From assembly GCA_038844785.1 (NCBI GenBank), contig JAWBRA010000006.1, forward strand, positions 1 to 64,000: a stretch of 64,000 nucleotides of DNA, written 5' to 3'. Positions 18,401 through 28,165 of this stretch are shown here, in pieces. Under the pieces are notes generated by a model that was given only the letters and a program-made list of their open reading frames with translations, was not told the origin of the DNA and did not search any database. This DNA comes from Candidatus Caldarchaeum sp. Its GTDB lineage: Archaea > Thermoproteota > Nitrososphaeria_A > Caldarchaeales > Caldarchaeaceae. A program made the translations under genes and the position numbers. Within the stretch, counting starts at the first letter, position 1. Each line of letters starts with the position of its first letter.

Positions 18401-19937
18401 CCTGTTTAGATACGTATGTTGTGTTGTACCGTGTGTATGCTAGATACGGCTGTGGAAGGTCTGCCCATGACACGTGTACTGTGCAGGGATTTTCGTTTAC
18501 CGCGAAGCTTACCTTCAGGTTCGGAAGCCAAAGGTATTTATGGAAAGTATCTTTAAGGCAGAAAGATATTTTGTCAGGCAACGGTGCGGCTGACATTGAG
18601 TAGACTACTTGAGGCGATGTAAGTAGGGCGAGACACGCTAGCACAGTGTAGTAGAAGCTTAAGGAAACGGTGATGACGGCCAGCTTAGCCAGTTTTCCCG
18701 TCTCATACTCGAAGGTGATTAAAGCATGTACGGTTGGTATCCTGTCAACCTCCGATATCGCTGATATTGCGAACAGGAAGGGAATCACCAAGGTTCTGCT
18801 AGCGTCAAACTCGACTGGTTGCCAGTGAACTTCAATTTGTTGAAACTCCTTTCCATCCACTTTGATGAACTCTTTAGATAGGCCTCCGAACCATGGTGGG
18901 AACCCGTTCACTATGTTTTTGTCCCACCCTACCTCCATCACCATGGTCACTTCCTTGCCGGAGAGCAGCATTCTCACAAGCCTGTCGTCATCCCTCCTCT
19001 CAGCCTTGTAAGGTACTGGTGGAAGGAGGAAGGGCACCTGAGTAATAGTCATCACCGTCGGTCCCTCCCAGACCATGAAGACTTTTTCGCCCGTGACCTG
19101 CACCGGCTCCGCTTTCAGGCTGACCGAAATCCTCTTAGGTTGTATCTTAACGCCCTCGGGAACATTTACGATGAAGTAGCAGAGGGCTCCCGTCGGAGGC
19201 ACGTCATAGCTTATGGTGAACTTTCGACTTGATGGGTCGAGCTCAAAAGTCCCACATTGTTGGACAAACATGTTATCATATAACTTTGCTTTCCACGCCG
19301 GTAGTTGTTCCATCCTGTTCGTTACGTTGTGGAACCAAGCAGGTAGCCTTAGGTTGCTTATGGAGCCAACATCATAAACAAACGCTATTGACGTTACTTC
19401 GTAGTATGGGGACACCCCTGGGTCGGGCATATATGAGACTATCAATATTCGGTCTGCTATCGTTATGGACTTTACAGTAGCAGAGCCGTGGTACGATAGG
19501 CCTGGGTCTGGTATTCGCTGTGAGAAGGCTGGTCTGATGTCCAGACCTCCGAGCGCCAAGTCGTTTCCCGCGATGAAATCGGTGAAGTTAGCCGGACCGT
19601 TTACGTCCCACGAAGTTCTGCCGTATAGTCTGGCGAACGTCGGAGAACCAAGCTTGGATATCCAGTAGCATGCGAAAGGCTCTTTCATAATTCCACGGGA
19701 GTAGACCACCCCTTCGCGATGGACTAATGTGGTGCCACAGTATTTGTAGCCAAGCCTCTCCAAGTAAGGCTTCCATAACTCGACATCGTACGACCTTACC
19801 GAAAGTACATAGTCGCGATAGAATTTAGTTTGCTCGGTTGGTTGAGGGTAGACGCTCCACAAGTAGTAGATTAAAGCTATTGGAAGAATGGCCACAAGCA
19901 ATGCCGCAACAACCTTCAAACCCGTTTTAACACTCAA
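18381..19937 (-). CDS. Hypothetical membrane-anchored/secreted protein (518 aa)
   Basis: N-terminal TM helix, beta-rich body, possible second TM near residue 430; putative RBS GGGGGT upstream. Confidence 0.65.
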   Translation of the reverse strand: MSVKTGLKVVAALLVAILPIALIYYLWSVYPQPTEQTKFYRDYVLSVRSYDVELWKPYLERLGYKYCGTTLVHREGVVYSRGIMKEPFACYWISKLGSPTFARLYGRTSWDVNGPANFTDFIAGNDLALGGLDIRPAFSQRIPDPGLSYHGSATVKSITIADRILIVSYMPDPGVSPYYEVTSIAFVYDVGSISNLRLPAWFHNVTNRMEQLPAWKAKLYDNMFVQQCGTFELDPSSRKFTISYDVPPTGALCYFIVNVPEGVKIQPKRISVSLKAEPVQVTGEKVFMVWEGPTVMTITQVPFLLPPVPYKAERRDDDRLVRMLLSGKEVTMVMEVGWDKNIVNGFPPWFGGLSKEFIKVDGKEFQQIEVHWQPVEFDASRTLVIPFLFAISAISEVDRIPTVHALITFEYETGKLAKLAVITVSLSFYYTVLACLALLTSPQVVYSMSAAPLPDKISFCLKDTFHKYLWLPNLKVSFAVNENPCTVHVSWADLPQPYLAYTRYNTTYVSKQVEETPP

Positions 19938-19959
19938 TCTTAATTCTACCCCCTATTCT

Positions 19960-20190
19960 TCATCTTATCTCGTTAGGATCAATACACTCATTATTTGAAC
20001 ATTGTATTTGATTTGCGCAGCCGGCAGGCACACAGTAACAATAATCAGTCCACTCTGTGAGTGTGCTGCTGGTAAAAATTGTTGTGGTTCCCCAGCTGGT
20101 GCTGGTTTGAGTAATGGTGACAGTAGCTGTCATGGTGGTGGTTGTAAGAGGTTCCGAGCAATGTTTTATAAGATTTTGCTCCGCCGGATG
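19960..20190 (-). pseudogene. Thr-rich, Cys-rich C-terminal fragment of a surface protein, truncated by the IS6 remnant
   Basis: ...CSEPLTTTTMTATVTITQTSTSWGTTTIFTSSTLTEWTDYCYCVPAGCANQIQCSNNECIDPNEIR*; the frame is open up to the IS6 end at 20191. Confidence 0.5.
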
Positions 20191-20650
20191 GGCTCTGTTA
20201 ACTTAAGGCCTTTGGCCCAGGGCTGCGGTTGTTTAGTCATGTTTGTTAGGCGGAGGACGGCTTTGCCTCTGGCCCTGTTTGGGCTTTACCTCGTGGCCCT
20301 AGGTCTGAGCTTTAGATGCGCTTCTGGGGCTGTTGAGCCTTTCGTCGGCAGGGGTCATGTGGCCTAAGTGGGTTTAGAGGCTCCCGGGATTCAGGAGGCT
20401 GTTCAGGGTTAGGTGTAGGGTGTCCATGTTTCTCTTGGATGAGACGGCTGATGGTTAAAGGGCTTCTGGCATGGGTGTGGGTTGCTTACGAGCCTTTCAT
20501 CAAAAGAACCCTAGGGTTCTGGCTATGAATAGCATCTAGGCTGGGATGTTCCTTAGGACGCTTGTGGAGGCTTACGGCAAGCATCCAGTCTGGACAGATG
20601 GGGCCCCATGGTAGAGGCATGCGCTAGGCTTGGGCCGCCATCGTCTTCCT
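20191..20650 (+). mobile_element. Degenerate IS6-family element
   Basis: Starts with GGCTCTGTT (IS6-type TIR); fragments FLLDET, AWVWVAYEPF and YGKHPVWTDGAPW* with multiple frameshifts and stops. Confidence 0.8.
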
Positions 20651-20728
20651 TGGAAGGGTTTTGATAGCAGCAGCTGAAACGTTGTTAAACGACGCTGTGG
20701 CCGATTCTGAAGAAGCAGCTGAAGCGCT

Positions 20729-20935
20729 TCATCTTCTCTTGCCTTTTCCGCTTTTCTTCATACGTGTTAGGGTGATGCGGTTTTTCGACGGTTCGACAAT
20801 CATTTTTAGCTGGTCGCCTTCGCGGAAGATGAACTGGCTGTCCGAGCTGACTTTAGAAGGTATGTGGATGTAAAGGTATGTTTTACCGCTTAGGTGCTTC
20901 TTTTTCCGAAGGTAGACCGTGGCGACGAGCGGCAT
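20729..20935 (-). CDS. Small AbrB/MazE-like DNA-binding protein
   Basis: KTYLYIHIPSKV..D..F.FREGDQLKMIVE swapped-hairpin pattern. Confidence 0.65.
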   Translation of the reverse strand: MPLVATVYLRKKKHLSGKTYLYIHIPSKVSSDSQFIFREGDQLKMIVEPSKNRITLTRMKKSGKGKRR

Positions 20936-20988
20936 TTGGTCCTAGTTTTCATCGGTGTGTTTGTATATAAAAGTTGTGGATAAAATTG

Positions 20989-22026
20989 TTATGAAAGAAG
21001 GCCTGCGGCTTTCCTAGCTATTGCTGCAGCCATCTCCGAGGTTTTGGCTGTGCCACCCATGTCTACTGTTACATACTTTTTTTCGGCGATAACCTCTTCC
21101 GTAGCCCGTTCAACTGCTTCGCCGTATTTTGTCAGCCCAACGTATTTCAGCATCCAAGCACCCGCTAAAATTGTTGCTGTCGGGTTCACTCTATCCATGC
21201 CCTTATACTTTGGCACGCTTCCGTGGGCAGGCTCGAACATGGCGTAACGGTCTCCTATGTTTGCTGCGTAAACCATTCCTATGTTTCCCACGAGGCCTGA
21301 AGCAAGTTCAGACAGCACATCCATAAACAGGTTCGTGCTAAGGATGACGTTTTGGTTGAACCTGTTAGGGTTTTTCACAAGCTGCTGTGACATGTTATCT
21401 ATGTAGTACTCCTCGTACTGAATGTTCGGAAATTCTTTCGCAACTTTCTCGACAGCCTCCCAGAAGACCCCGTCGGTAACCCGTAGAATGTTGCGTTTAG
21501 TTACAACTATTACCTTGCTCCACCCTCTCTCCGCGGCCAGCCTGAACGCCCAGCGTGCAATCCTCTCGCTGTTTCTGCCGGTTATTTTCCTAACCGCTAT
21601 GGAAACATCATCCGTAAGCCTGTACTCTATGCCGGCATACAGGCCTTCGGTAGCTTCTCTCACGCATACGAAGTCAAACGGCCCGAAAATCTGGGAGAGC
21701 GGGCTTTCAGCACCTTTGAAAGTTTTTACCGGTCGAACGTTGGCGTAAAGGTCCATGCCCTGTCTGATGGACACTGCCACACTCCTCGGCGCTTTAGGGT
21801 CTGGCGGTGTTGTGGTGGGTGCCTTGAAGCAAGCGTCGCTGGATTTGAGAGCCTCCCATGTCTCCTCAGGTATCATAGAGTTTCCTCCATGTTTCATCCA
21901 CCATTCAGACCCCGCCTCACATTCAATCAGCTCGAGAGGCGGGTTAATAGCTTCTAAAACAGTCTTCAACGCTGCTGCGAGCTCTGGCCCCGTACCATCA
22001 CCTTTGATAAGCACCACCTTAGGCAT
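20989..22026 (-). CDS. Isocitrate/isopropylmalate dehydrogenase family protein
   Basis: IKGDGTGPE, LYANVRP, REATEGLY, NLFMDVLSE, FEPAHGS, VNPTATIL. Confidence 0.92.
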   Translation of the reverse strand: MPKVVLIKGDGTGPELAAALKTVLEAINPPLELIECEAGSEWWMKHGGNSMIPEETWEALKSSDACFKAPTTTPPDPKAPRSVAVSIRQGMDLYANVRPVKTFKGAESPLSQIFGPFDFVCVREATEGLYAGIEYRLTDDVSIAVRKITGRNSERIARWAFRLAAERGWSKVIVVTKRNILRVTDGVFWEAVEKVAKEFPNIQYEEYYIDNMSQQLVKNPNRFNQNVILSTNLFMDVLSELASGLVGNIGMVYAANIGDRYAMFEPAHGSVPKYKGMDRVNPTATILAGAWMLKYVGLTKYGEAVERATEEVIAEKKYVTVDMGGTAKTSEMAAAIARKAAGLLS

Positions 22027-22108
22027 GCTAATCCACCATAACAAGTCGTTTTTCTCACCTAATAAATGATTCAAGAAATTGGCTGGCAGTCAAAAAGACG
22101 TTTGGCCG

Positions 22109-24454
22109 CTAGCGTTCGTTGCTGTTATTGTTCTGGCTCAACAAGGATAGTATTGTTTCGGGTTTCAGCGGAAGGGTTTTGACACGTTTGCCGATCGCTC
22201 GGGAGACAGCGTTTGCAACGGCGGAGGCAACAGGGTTTGTCGCAAGCTCACCGATGCTTTTCGCCCCAAACGGGCCGTATGGGTCGAAAGAGTCGGTGAA
22301 ATAGATTTTCACTTCACCCATCTCAACAGCCGACGGCAGATGATAGTCCATGAAGGATGGGTTGAGGTATTTTCCGTCGCCAACGACCACTTCTTCAAGA
22401 AGAGCGTAGCCCAGGCCTGTTGCTATCCCGCCGTGCGCCTGCCCCTCAGCCTCTGCAGGGTTTACGACCGTGCCAACGTCATAGCCTCCAGCTAGTCTTT
22501 CAACCTTCACCAACCCTGTCTCAGTGTCCACGGAGACTTCAGCGAAGATGACGGCCCAGCTGGGTGGTGCTGCGTTTGGCCTTAAGCCGCTGACCGCAAT
22601 CGGCAGAAAACCCCTGCGCGTCTTAAACCTCATCGCAACATCCGACAGCTTAACATATCTTTCAACCGCTTCTTTATGCACAACACGGCCTTGCTTTATC
22701 TCCAGGTCGTGTGGGGAGCATTCAAGCATTTCAGCAGCCTGCTGGAGGATTTGCTGTTTGAGCGTCTCGGCGGCCGCTAAAACCCCTAAACCTCCTACGT
22801 AGGTTCCACGGCTTGCATGCGTGCCCATGTCGAAGGGAGTGTTCTGGGTGTTTCCTGCTTCCACGTAGATGTCTTCAACAGCCACGCCCAAGGCCTCGGC
22901 GCAGATAGCTGCGAGGGTTTCATGTTCTCCAGGCCCCATCTCAACCATGGCCGTCGTAAGGCTGATCGTTCCATCTTCGTTCAGCTTCAGCACAGCGCCC
23001 GCCCCCTCCTGCCTGTCCTGCATCTCAGCCATCTGGCCACCTGTGCCGGAAGTATGGTGTCCAACAGCCACGCCAACACCCCTCACAACATGGTTGCCGA
23101 CGATTCTCCGCATGCTCCATCCAAGCTCATGGGAAAGCTTTCTCGCAACTTTCTCCAAGTTCATCGACTTGATTACGGTTGTGACCGTAGGTCCCTGCCC
23201 ATAGTAAACATCCCCTTCTTTTGGAAGGTTTTTCAACCTGAACTCAAGCGGGTCCATGCCCAGGTCTTCAGCTACCTCGTCGACCAATGATTCTAGGGCG
23301 AAGTTTTGCTGGGGGTTTCCGAATCCTCTCATCGCCCCGCAGACTGGAAGGTTTGTGTAAACACCTTTCCCTTCGTAGTAACGGTATGCCGCGGCATAGC
23401 TTGAGATAAACCAGCCGCCGACGCATGTCACAGCCTCCACCATATGGTCTGCGTAAGCCCCGCTCTGGAGCAAAGCCTTCATTTCCATAACCTCAATCTT
23501 CCCTTCGCTGCTGACGCCTATCTTGACATCCATAGCAGCAGCTCTGCGGGCGGTTGTGTAGAAATCCTCCTGCCGTGAAGATACATACTTCACCGTCCTG
23601 CCTGTCCTTAAGGCTAGGTAGGCTATGACAGGCTCGTGTATCGCCAGGTTGTATTTTGCTCCAAACCCTCCTCCCAACGGCAGCGCATGAACTATGACAC
23701 GGTTCATGGGAATCTGCAGGGCTTGCGAAAGCCAGTATCGAGTTCCATGGATTGACTGGGTTGTGCAGTAGACGTCTAGAGAGCCGTCAGGCCTTGGCGA
23801 GCAGATAACAGCCCGAGGCTCTATTGCAGCGTTGTACATTATCTGTGTCCTGAAACTGTCCTCATAGATTTTCGCGGTCCTTGAGTATGCATCGCTTCTG
23901 CTGCCTATCTCAACGACGTCGCTGAACCCTATGTTTGAGACCATCTTCTTCACAGACCCGCCCAGCTCAACCTCCTCATGGACAAGCGGTGCGTCAGGCT
24001 TCAGAGCCTCTTCGACTGAGGCTACGTAGTCAAGAGCCTCGTAGTCGGCTTCTATCAAGTCGAGGGCGTCCAAGGCTTTTTCAGACGAGTCAGCCGCCAC
24101 AGCTGCGACTATGTCGCCTGCAAACCTCTGTCTTACGTCAAGGATTTTACGGTCTTTGATGACTTTCCAAGGAACTGGGGAGAAGGTTCTTCCAAACCTG
24201 TGCTGGGGGACGTTGAAAGGCGTTAACACAGCAGCTACTCCGTTAAGCGCCTCAGCTCTCTTGACATCAATGTTTTTAACTATGCAGCTTGGGTAGGGTG
24301 AGTGGAGAAGAGCTGCGTAAAGTGTTTTTGCTGGTTGTATGTCTGCAGTGTACTTTATACGTCCTGTAACTCTCTGTATTATGTCCCTGCGTAGTCTCCG
24401 TTTTCCAATGTATGTGAAAACATTGCCCTGCAATATCTTATCCACCTTTCTCAA
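22109..24454 (-). CDS. Xanthine dehydrogenase family molybdopterin-binding subunit
   Basis: GGGFGAK, AMRGFGNPQ, EMGPG, ASR, GAKSIGE. Confidence 0.92.
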   Translation of the reverse strand: MRKVDKILQGNVFTYIGKRRLRRDIIQRVTGRIKYTADIQPAKTLYAALLHSPYPSCIVKNIDVKRAEALNGVAAVLTPFNVPQHRFGRTFSPVPWKVIKDRKILDVRQRFAGDIVAAVAADSSEKALDALDLIEADYEALDYVASVEEALKPDAPLVHEEVELGGSVKKMVSNIGFSDVVEIGSRSDAYSRTAKIYEDSFRTQIMYNAAIEPRAVICSPRPDGSLDVYCTTQSIHGTRYWLSQALQIPMNRVIVHALPLGGGFGAKYNLAIHEPVIAYLALRTGRTVKYVSSRQEDFYTTARRAAAMDVKIGVSSEGKIEVMEMKALLQSGAYADHMVEAVTCVGGWFISSYAAAYRYYEGKGVYTNLPVCGAMRGFGNPQQNFALESLVDEVAEDLGMDPLEFRLKNLPKEGDVYYGQGPTVTTVIKSMNLEKVARKLSHELGWSMRRIVGNHVVRGVGVAVGHHTSGTGGQMAEMQDRQEGAGAVLKLNEDGTISLTTAMVEMGPGEHETLAAICAEALGVAVEDIYVEAGNTQNTPFDMGTHASRGTYVGGLGVLAAAETLKQQILQQAAEMLECSPHDLEIKQGRVVHKEAVERYVKLSDVAMRFKTRRGFLPIAVSGLRPNAAPPSWAVIFAEVSVDTETGLVKVERLAGGYDVGTVVNPAEAEGQAHGGIATGLGYALLEEVVVGDGKYLNPSFMDYHLPSAVEMGEVKIYFTDSFDPYGPFGAKSIGELATNPVASAVANAVSRAIGKRVKTLPLKPETILSLLSQNNNSNER

Positions 24455-26738
24455 TCAAGCTTTTAATCTGCTCTGGTTTTATGGGTATATTGTTAACCTC
24501 TATGCCCAACGCATCTCTGACGGCGTTAGCGACGGCGGCCGGAATAGGTATCAACGCAAGCTCAGCCAACCCTTTCGCCCCAAACGGGCCGTAGGCAGTT
24601 TTATCCTCGAAGTAGACGGGGTCCTGTATCTCTGGGATTTCTAGGGCTGAGGGGATAAGGTAGTCCATGAAGTTTGCTGTTAGAATTCTCCCCTCCTCAA
24701 ACTCTAGTCTTTCCAGCAAGGAATAGCCCAGACCTTGGGCTATCGCTCCATGTATCTGTCCCAACGAGATGGCTGGGTTTATTATCCGTCCGCAAGCCGC
24801 TCCAGGCCATACCTGTGTCACCTCAACTCTTCCTGTCTCCACGTCAACCCTCACCTCAGCCATCACAGCTGAGTAGGAGTAGATAGTGTATGCATGGCCT
24901 TGACCGCTTGACTCGTCGAATTTACCTTTCGGCAGGAAGAAGTATCCGCTGGCGGTGAGGTCAACACCCTTTGAATAGCATGCGTTGACGACTTCTCTCC
25001 ATTCAAGATAACGGTTCGTAGCACCTCTGACGGAAATCCTGCCCTCGTCTATCTGGATGTCATCTGGGTTGGCTTCAAGAAGCTCTGCGGCAACCCTTAC
25101 GATTCTTTTTCTCACTTTTCCCGCTGCGATTAATGCGGCTGACCCGCCGAGCGTAAGCCCACGCGAGCCATGTGTAGCCCCGGTGTCGGGTGCGAGGCTT
25201 GTCCCTCCTTCAACCTTCACCCACTCGTAGGGGACGCCTAAAACCTCCGCTACGACCTGCCTTATCGCCGTATGCGTTCCCTGGCCAAACTCCACGATTC
25301 CTGTTTGGATTGTTATGCTTCCGTCTCTGTAAACCGTCAGTGTTGCCGACCCCCAGTCTGGCACGCCTCTGCTAGTGCTTATGCCGTGCCATGAACACGC
25401 GACGCCATATCCGTAGACATAGTTTCCTTCACGCAGACGTTTACGGGCTTTTAACACGTCTAACTTCTTCATCCGCTCGAGCAGAGACGCTATGCCGGTG
25501 TCTTCTGGCATAGGCTGGGATGTGGCTGAAAGGTCTCCGGGGCGTAGCAGGTTTTTCAGCCTGAACTCAACTGGGTCCATCCCCAGCTTTCGCGCCAGCT
25601 CATCCATCTGCCTCTCTGCAGCAAACTGTGACTGCGGGTTCCCGAAACCTCTGAAACTTCCCTGATAAACCTTGTTCGTATATACAAGCTTGCCAACTAC
25701 GTTGACGTGGGGAACTCTGTATGGACCTGAAGCATGTACGACAGCTCTCCATAGAGTATATGGCCCTCGGTTGGCGTATGCTCCGCTGTCGAAAAAAATC
25801 TCAGCATCCACAAACTTTAGAACACCGTCTTTTGAAGCCCCGCTCCTATACCTTATTATGGCGGGGTCTCTTTTGCAGTGGCTGGTAAAGCTCTCCTCCC
25901 GACTGTAATGTAGGAAAACTGGTTTTTTCATACACCATGCGGCCAGAGCAGCCTGAGCTGAGACGATGGGGCCCATGTCGTCTTTCCCGCCGAAAGCGCC
26001 GCCGACGGCTGGCTGTATTATCGTCACCCTACTGTACGGCAGGCCGAGGACCCGTGCGACAGTCTTCTGGGCAAGATGAGGGTATTGGGCTTGGCTTATG
26101 ACAGTTATTCCATCGTATGTGGGTGTAGCGAGAGCCGCCTCAGTCTCAATGTATGCGTGATCTTGAGGAGATAGAGTATACGTGTTTTCAACAACGGCAT
26201 CAGACTCGGCCTCCCCTTTCTCTACGCTACCCTTCTTAACCTGAGCGGTGATAGCCACGTTTGAGCCTTTCTCCTCATGTACCAAAACCTTATTTTCTAA
26301 AGCTTCAAAAACGTCGTAAACAGCTGGAAGAGGGGAGATGTCCAGCTCAACCTTCTCCAGAAGGTCTTCAACGGTGTATTGGTCGCTGGCTACAGCTAAG
26401 GCTACTGGCTCACCGTAGAACCTGACCCTGCCTTCGGCGAGCACAGGCTGGTCTGCGATAGCGTATCCTACCTGATTCTCTCCAGGCACATCTCTCGCGG
26501 TTATCAGATAGCCGTTTCCGTCGTTAAGTTTAACAGAGCTGATAATGCCGTGCGGTGTCGTGCTTCGCACAATCCTCGCAAAAAGACAATGGCTGTCCAC
26601 GTAATCCTCTACATACCGCAGCAATCCTTTAACTCCTGCAATAGACTCGTACCGTACGACGTTCTTTTTGACAACGATAAACCTATCATGTGAAAGCCAT
26701 TCATTCAGTATAGCCAGAGAGTCTTCCTCCGATTTCAT
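24438..26738 (-). CDS. Xanthine dehydrogenase family molybdopterin-binding subunit
   Basis: GGAFGGK, FRGFGNPQ, EFGQG, GSR, GAKGLAE. Confidence 0.92.
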   Translation of the reverse strand: MKSEEDSLAILNEWLSHDRFIVVKKNVVRYESIAGVKGLLRYVEDYVDSHCLFARIVRSTTPHGIISSVKLNDGNGYLITARDVPGENQVGYAIADQPVLAEGRVRFYGEPVALAVASDQYTVEDLLEKVELDISPLPAVYDVFEALENKVLVHEEKGSNVAITAQVKKGSVEKGEAESDAVVENTYTLSPQDHAYIETEAALATPTYDGITVISQAQYPHLAQKTVARVLGLPYSRVTIIQPAVGGAFGGKDDMGPIVSAQAALAAWCMKKPVFLHYSREESFTSHCKRDPAIIRYRSGASKDGVLKFVDAEIFFDSGAYANRGPYTLWRAVVHASGPYRVPHVNVVGKLVYTNKVYQGSFRGFGNPQSQFAAERQMDELARKLGMDPVEFRLKNLLRPGDLSATSQPMPEDTGIASLLERMKKLDVLKARKRLREGNYVYGYGVACSWHGISTSRGVPDWGSATLTVYRDGSITIQTGIVEFGQGTHTAIRQVVAEVLGVPYEWVKVEGGTSLAPDTGATHGSRGLTLGGSAALIAAGKVRKRIVRVAAELLEANPDDIQIDEGRISVRGATNRYLEWREVVNACYSKGVDLTASGYFFLPKGKFDESSGQGHAYTIYSYSAVMAEVRVDVETGRVEVTQVWPGAACGRIINPAISLGQIHGAIAQGLGYSLLERLEFEEGRILTANFMDYLIPSALEIPEIQDPVYFEDKTAYGPFGAKGLAELALIPIPAAVANAVRDALGIEVNNIPIKPEQIKSLIEKGG

Positions 26739-26763
26739 CGCGGGCTAATCATGCAGAGTTAAT

Positions 26764-26783
26764 TTAAACTTGAACAAGTTTAA
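26764..26783. promoter_or_regulatory. Inverted repeat TTAAACTTG-AA-CAAGTTTAA (bidirectional TATA boxes / operator)
   Basis: Perfect 9-2-9 palindrome in the 70-bp divergent gap between the XDH genes and the amidohydrolase. Confidence 0.55.
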
Positions 26784-26808
26784 GACCGTCTTTAATCAAT
26801 GAAATAAT

Positions 26809-28128
26809 ATGTCCAGCGTGCTGATAAGAAAATGCCGTGTTGTAACGCCTTATGGAGTTTTCAAAACAGATATCTACGTGTCTGACGGGAAAATTGACGC
26901 GTTAGGTGACGGTCTGAAGGAGCGGGGTGCCGATGTAATAGACGCTGAAGGAATGTACGTTTTTCCAGGGTTCGTGGACGAGCATGTCCATTTCAGGGAG
27001 CCGGGCATGGAGTTTAAAGAGGATTTTGAAACAGGTACGCTGGCGGCGGCTGCAGGCGGTGTGACAACCGTGTTAGAGATGCCTAACACTGTTCCTCCGG
27101 TAGCTGACGTAAAAGAGCTGAGGCGGAAGGCTTCGCTGTTGAAAGACAAAGCTTACGTGGACTTCGGGCTATACGGCGTTCTCACAGACGATTCCTTGGA
27201 CAACATTGAGGAGATGCTGGAGGCCGGTGCAATCGGTTTCAAAGCTTTCCTCGGACCCACCACGGGGGATATACCTACGCCCAGTGACGGCACAGTCCTC
27301 GAAGCATTAGAAAAATCGAGGGAGAAAGGGTTCACGATAGCCTTCCACTGCGAAAACCGCCAGTTGGTCCACTATTTTGAACAGAAGGCACGGAAACAAA
27401 AGCTTTCCCCGCTCACCCATCTTGAGTCACGGCCAGCCGTATGCGAAGTTGACTCCGTTAGAAAAATCACGTACTATGCTGAGAAAACCGGTGGAAAAGC
27501 TTTGCTGCTACACCTCAGCAGCGGCGAGACAGTTGACTACCTCAGTTCAAGCCATCTCGAAAACGTTATAGCTGAGACATGTCCTCACTACCTTTTCTTC
27601 GACAGCCGCGACTATGAGAAGCTTGGGCCGTTGATAAAGGTCAACCCTCCGATAAGGACGGATGCCGACAGGAAGAAACTATGGAATGCGTTGCGGCAAG
27701 GCATCGTAAGCAACATAGGCTCAGACCATGCACCTCATACGTTGCAGGAGAAGGAGAGAGGAATGCTGGAGGCGTCCTCGGGAATGGTAGGCGTGGAGAC
27801 GGTGGGGCCGCTGATGGTTAACGCAGCGTTGAACGGATACGTTTCACTCGAGAGAGCTTGCGAGGCACTGTCGGCAAACCCAGCTAAAACCTTCGGCATC
27901 TACCCAAGAAAAGGGGCTATAATGCCTGGGTCAGACGCAGACCTTGTAATAATCGACCCACGGGAAAAATCGAGAATAGCTGCTTCGAAGCTGCACAGCA
28001 AGCAGAAGTTCACACCCTTCGACGGATACGAGCTGTCCATGAAAATAAGATACACTATACTGCGGGGCGAGGTCATCGCAGCCGACGGTGAGCCAACTGG
28101 GAAGAAAACCGGTAAGCAGATCCCGTAA
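26809..28128 (+). CDS. Cyclic amidohydrolase (dihydroorotase/allantoinase family)
   Basis: DEHVHFREPG, MPNT, ETCPHYL, KVNPPIR, GSDHAPH. Confidence 0.92.
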   Translation: MSSVLIRKCRVVTPYGVFKTDIYVSDGKIDALGDGLKERGADVIDAEGMYVFPGFVDEHVHFREPGMEFKEDFETGTLAAAAGGVTTVLEMPNTVPPVADVKELRRKASLLKDKAYVDFGLYGVLTDDSLDNIEEMLEAGAIGFKAFLGPTTGDIPTPSDGTVLEALEKSREKGFTIAFHCENRQLVHYFEQKARKQKLSPLTHLESRPAVCEVDSVRKITYYAEKTGGKALLLHLSSGETVDYLSSSHLENVIAETCPHYLFFDSRDYEKLGPLIKVNPPIRTDADRKKLWNALRQGIVSNIGSDHAPHTLQEKERGMLEASSGMVGVETVGPLMVNAALNGYVSLERACEALSANPAKTFGIYPRKGAIMPGSDADLVIIDPREKSRIAASKLHSKQKFTPFDGYELSMKIRYTILRGEVIAADGEPTGKKTGKQIP

Positions 28129-28165
28129 CAGAGTTGTTAAATACAGGCTTACAAGCAAACACCAC

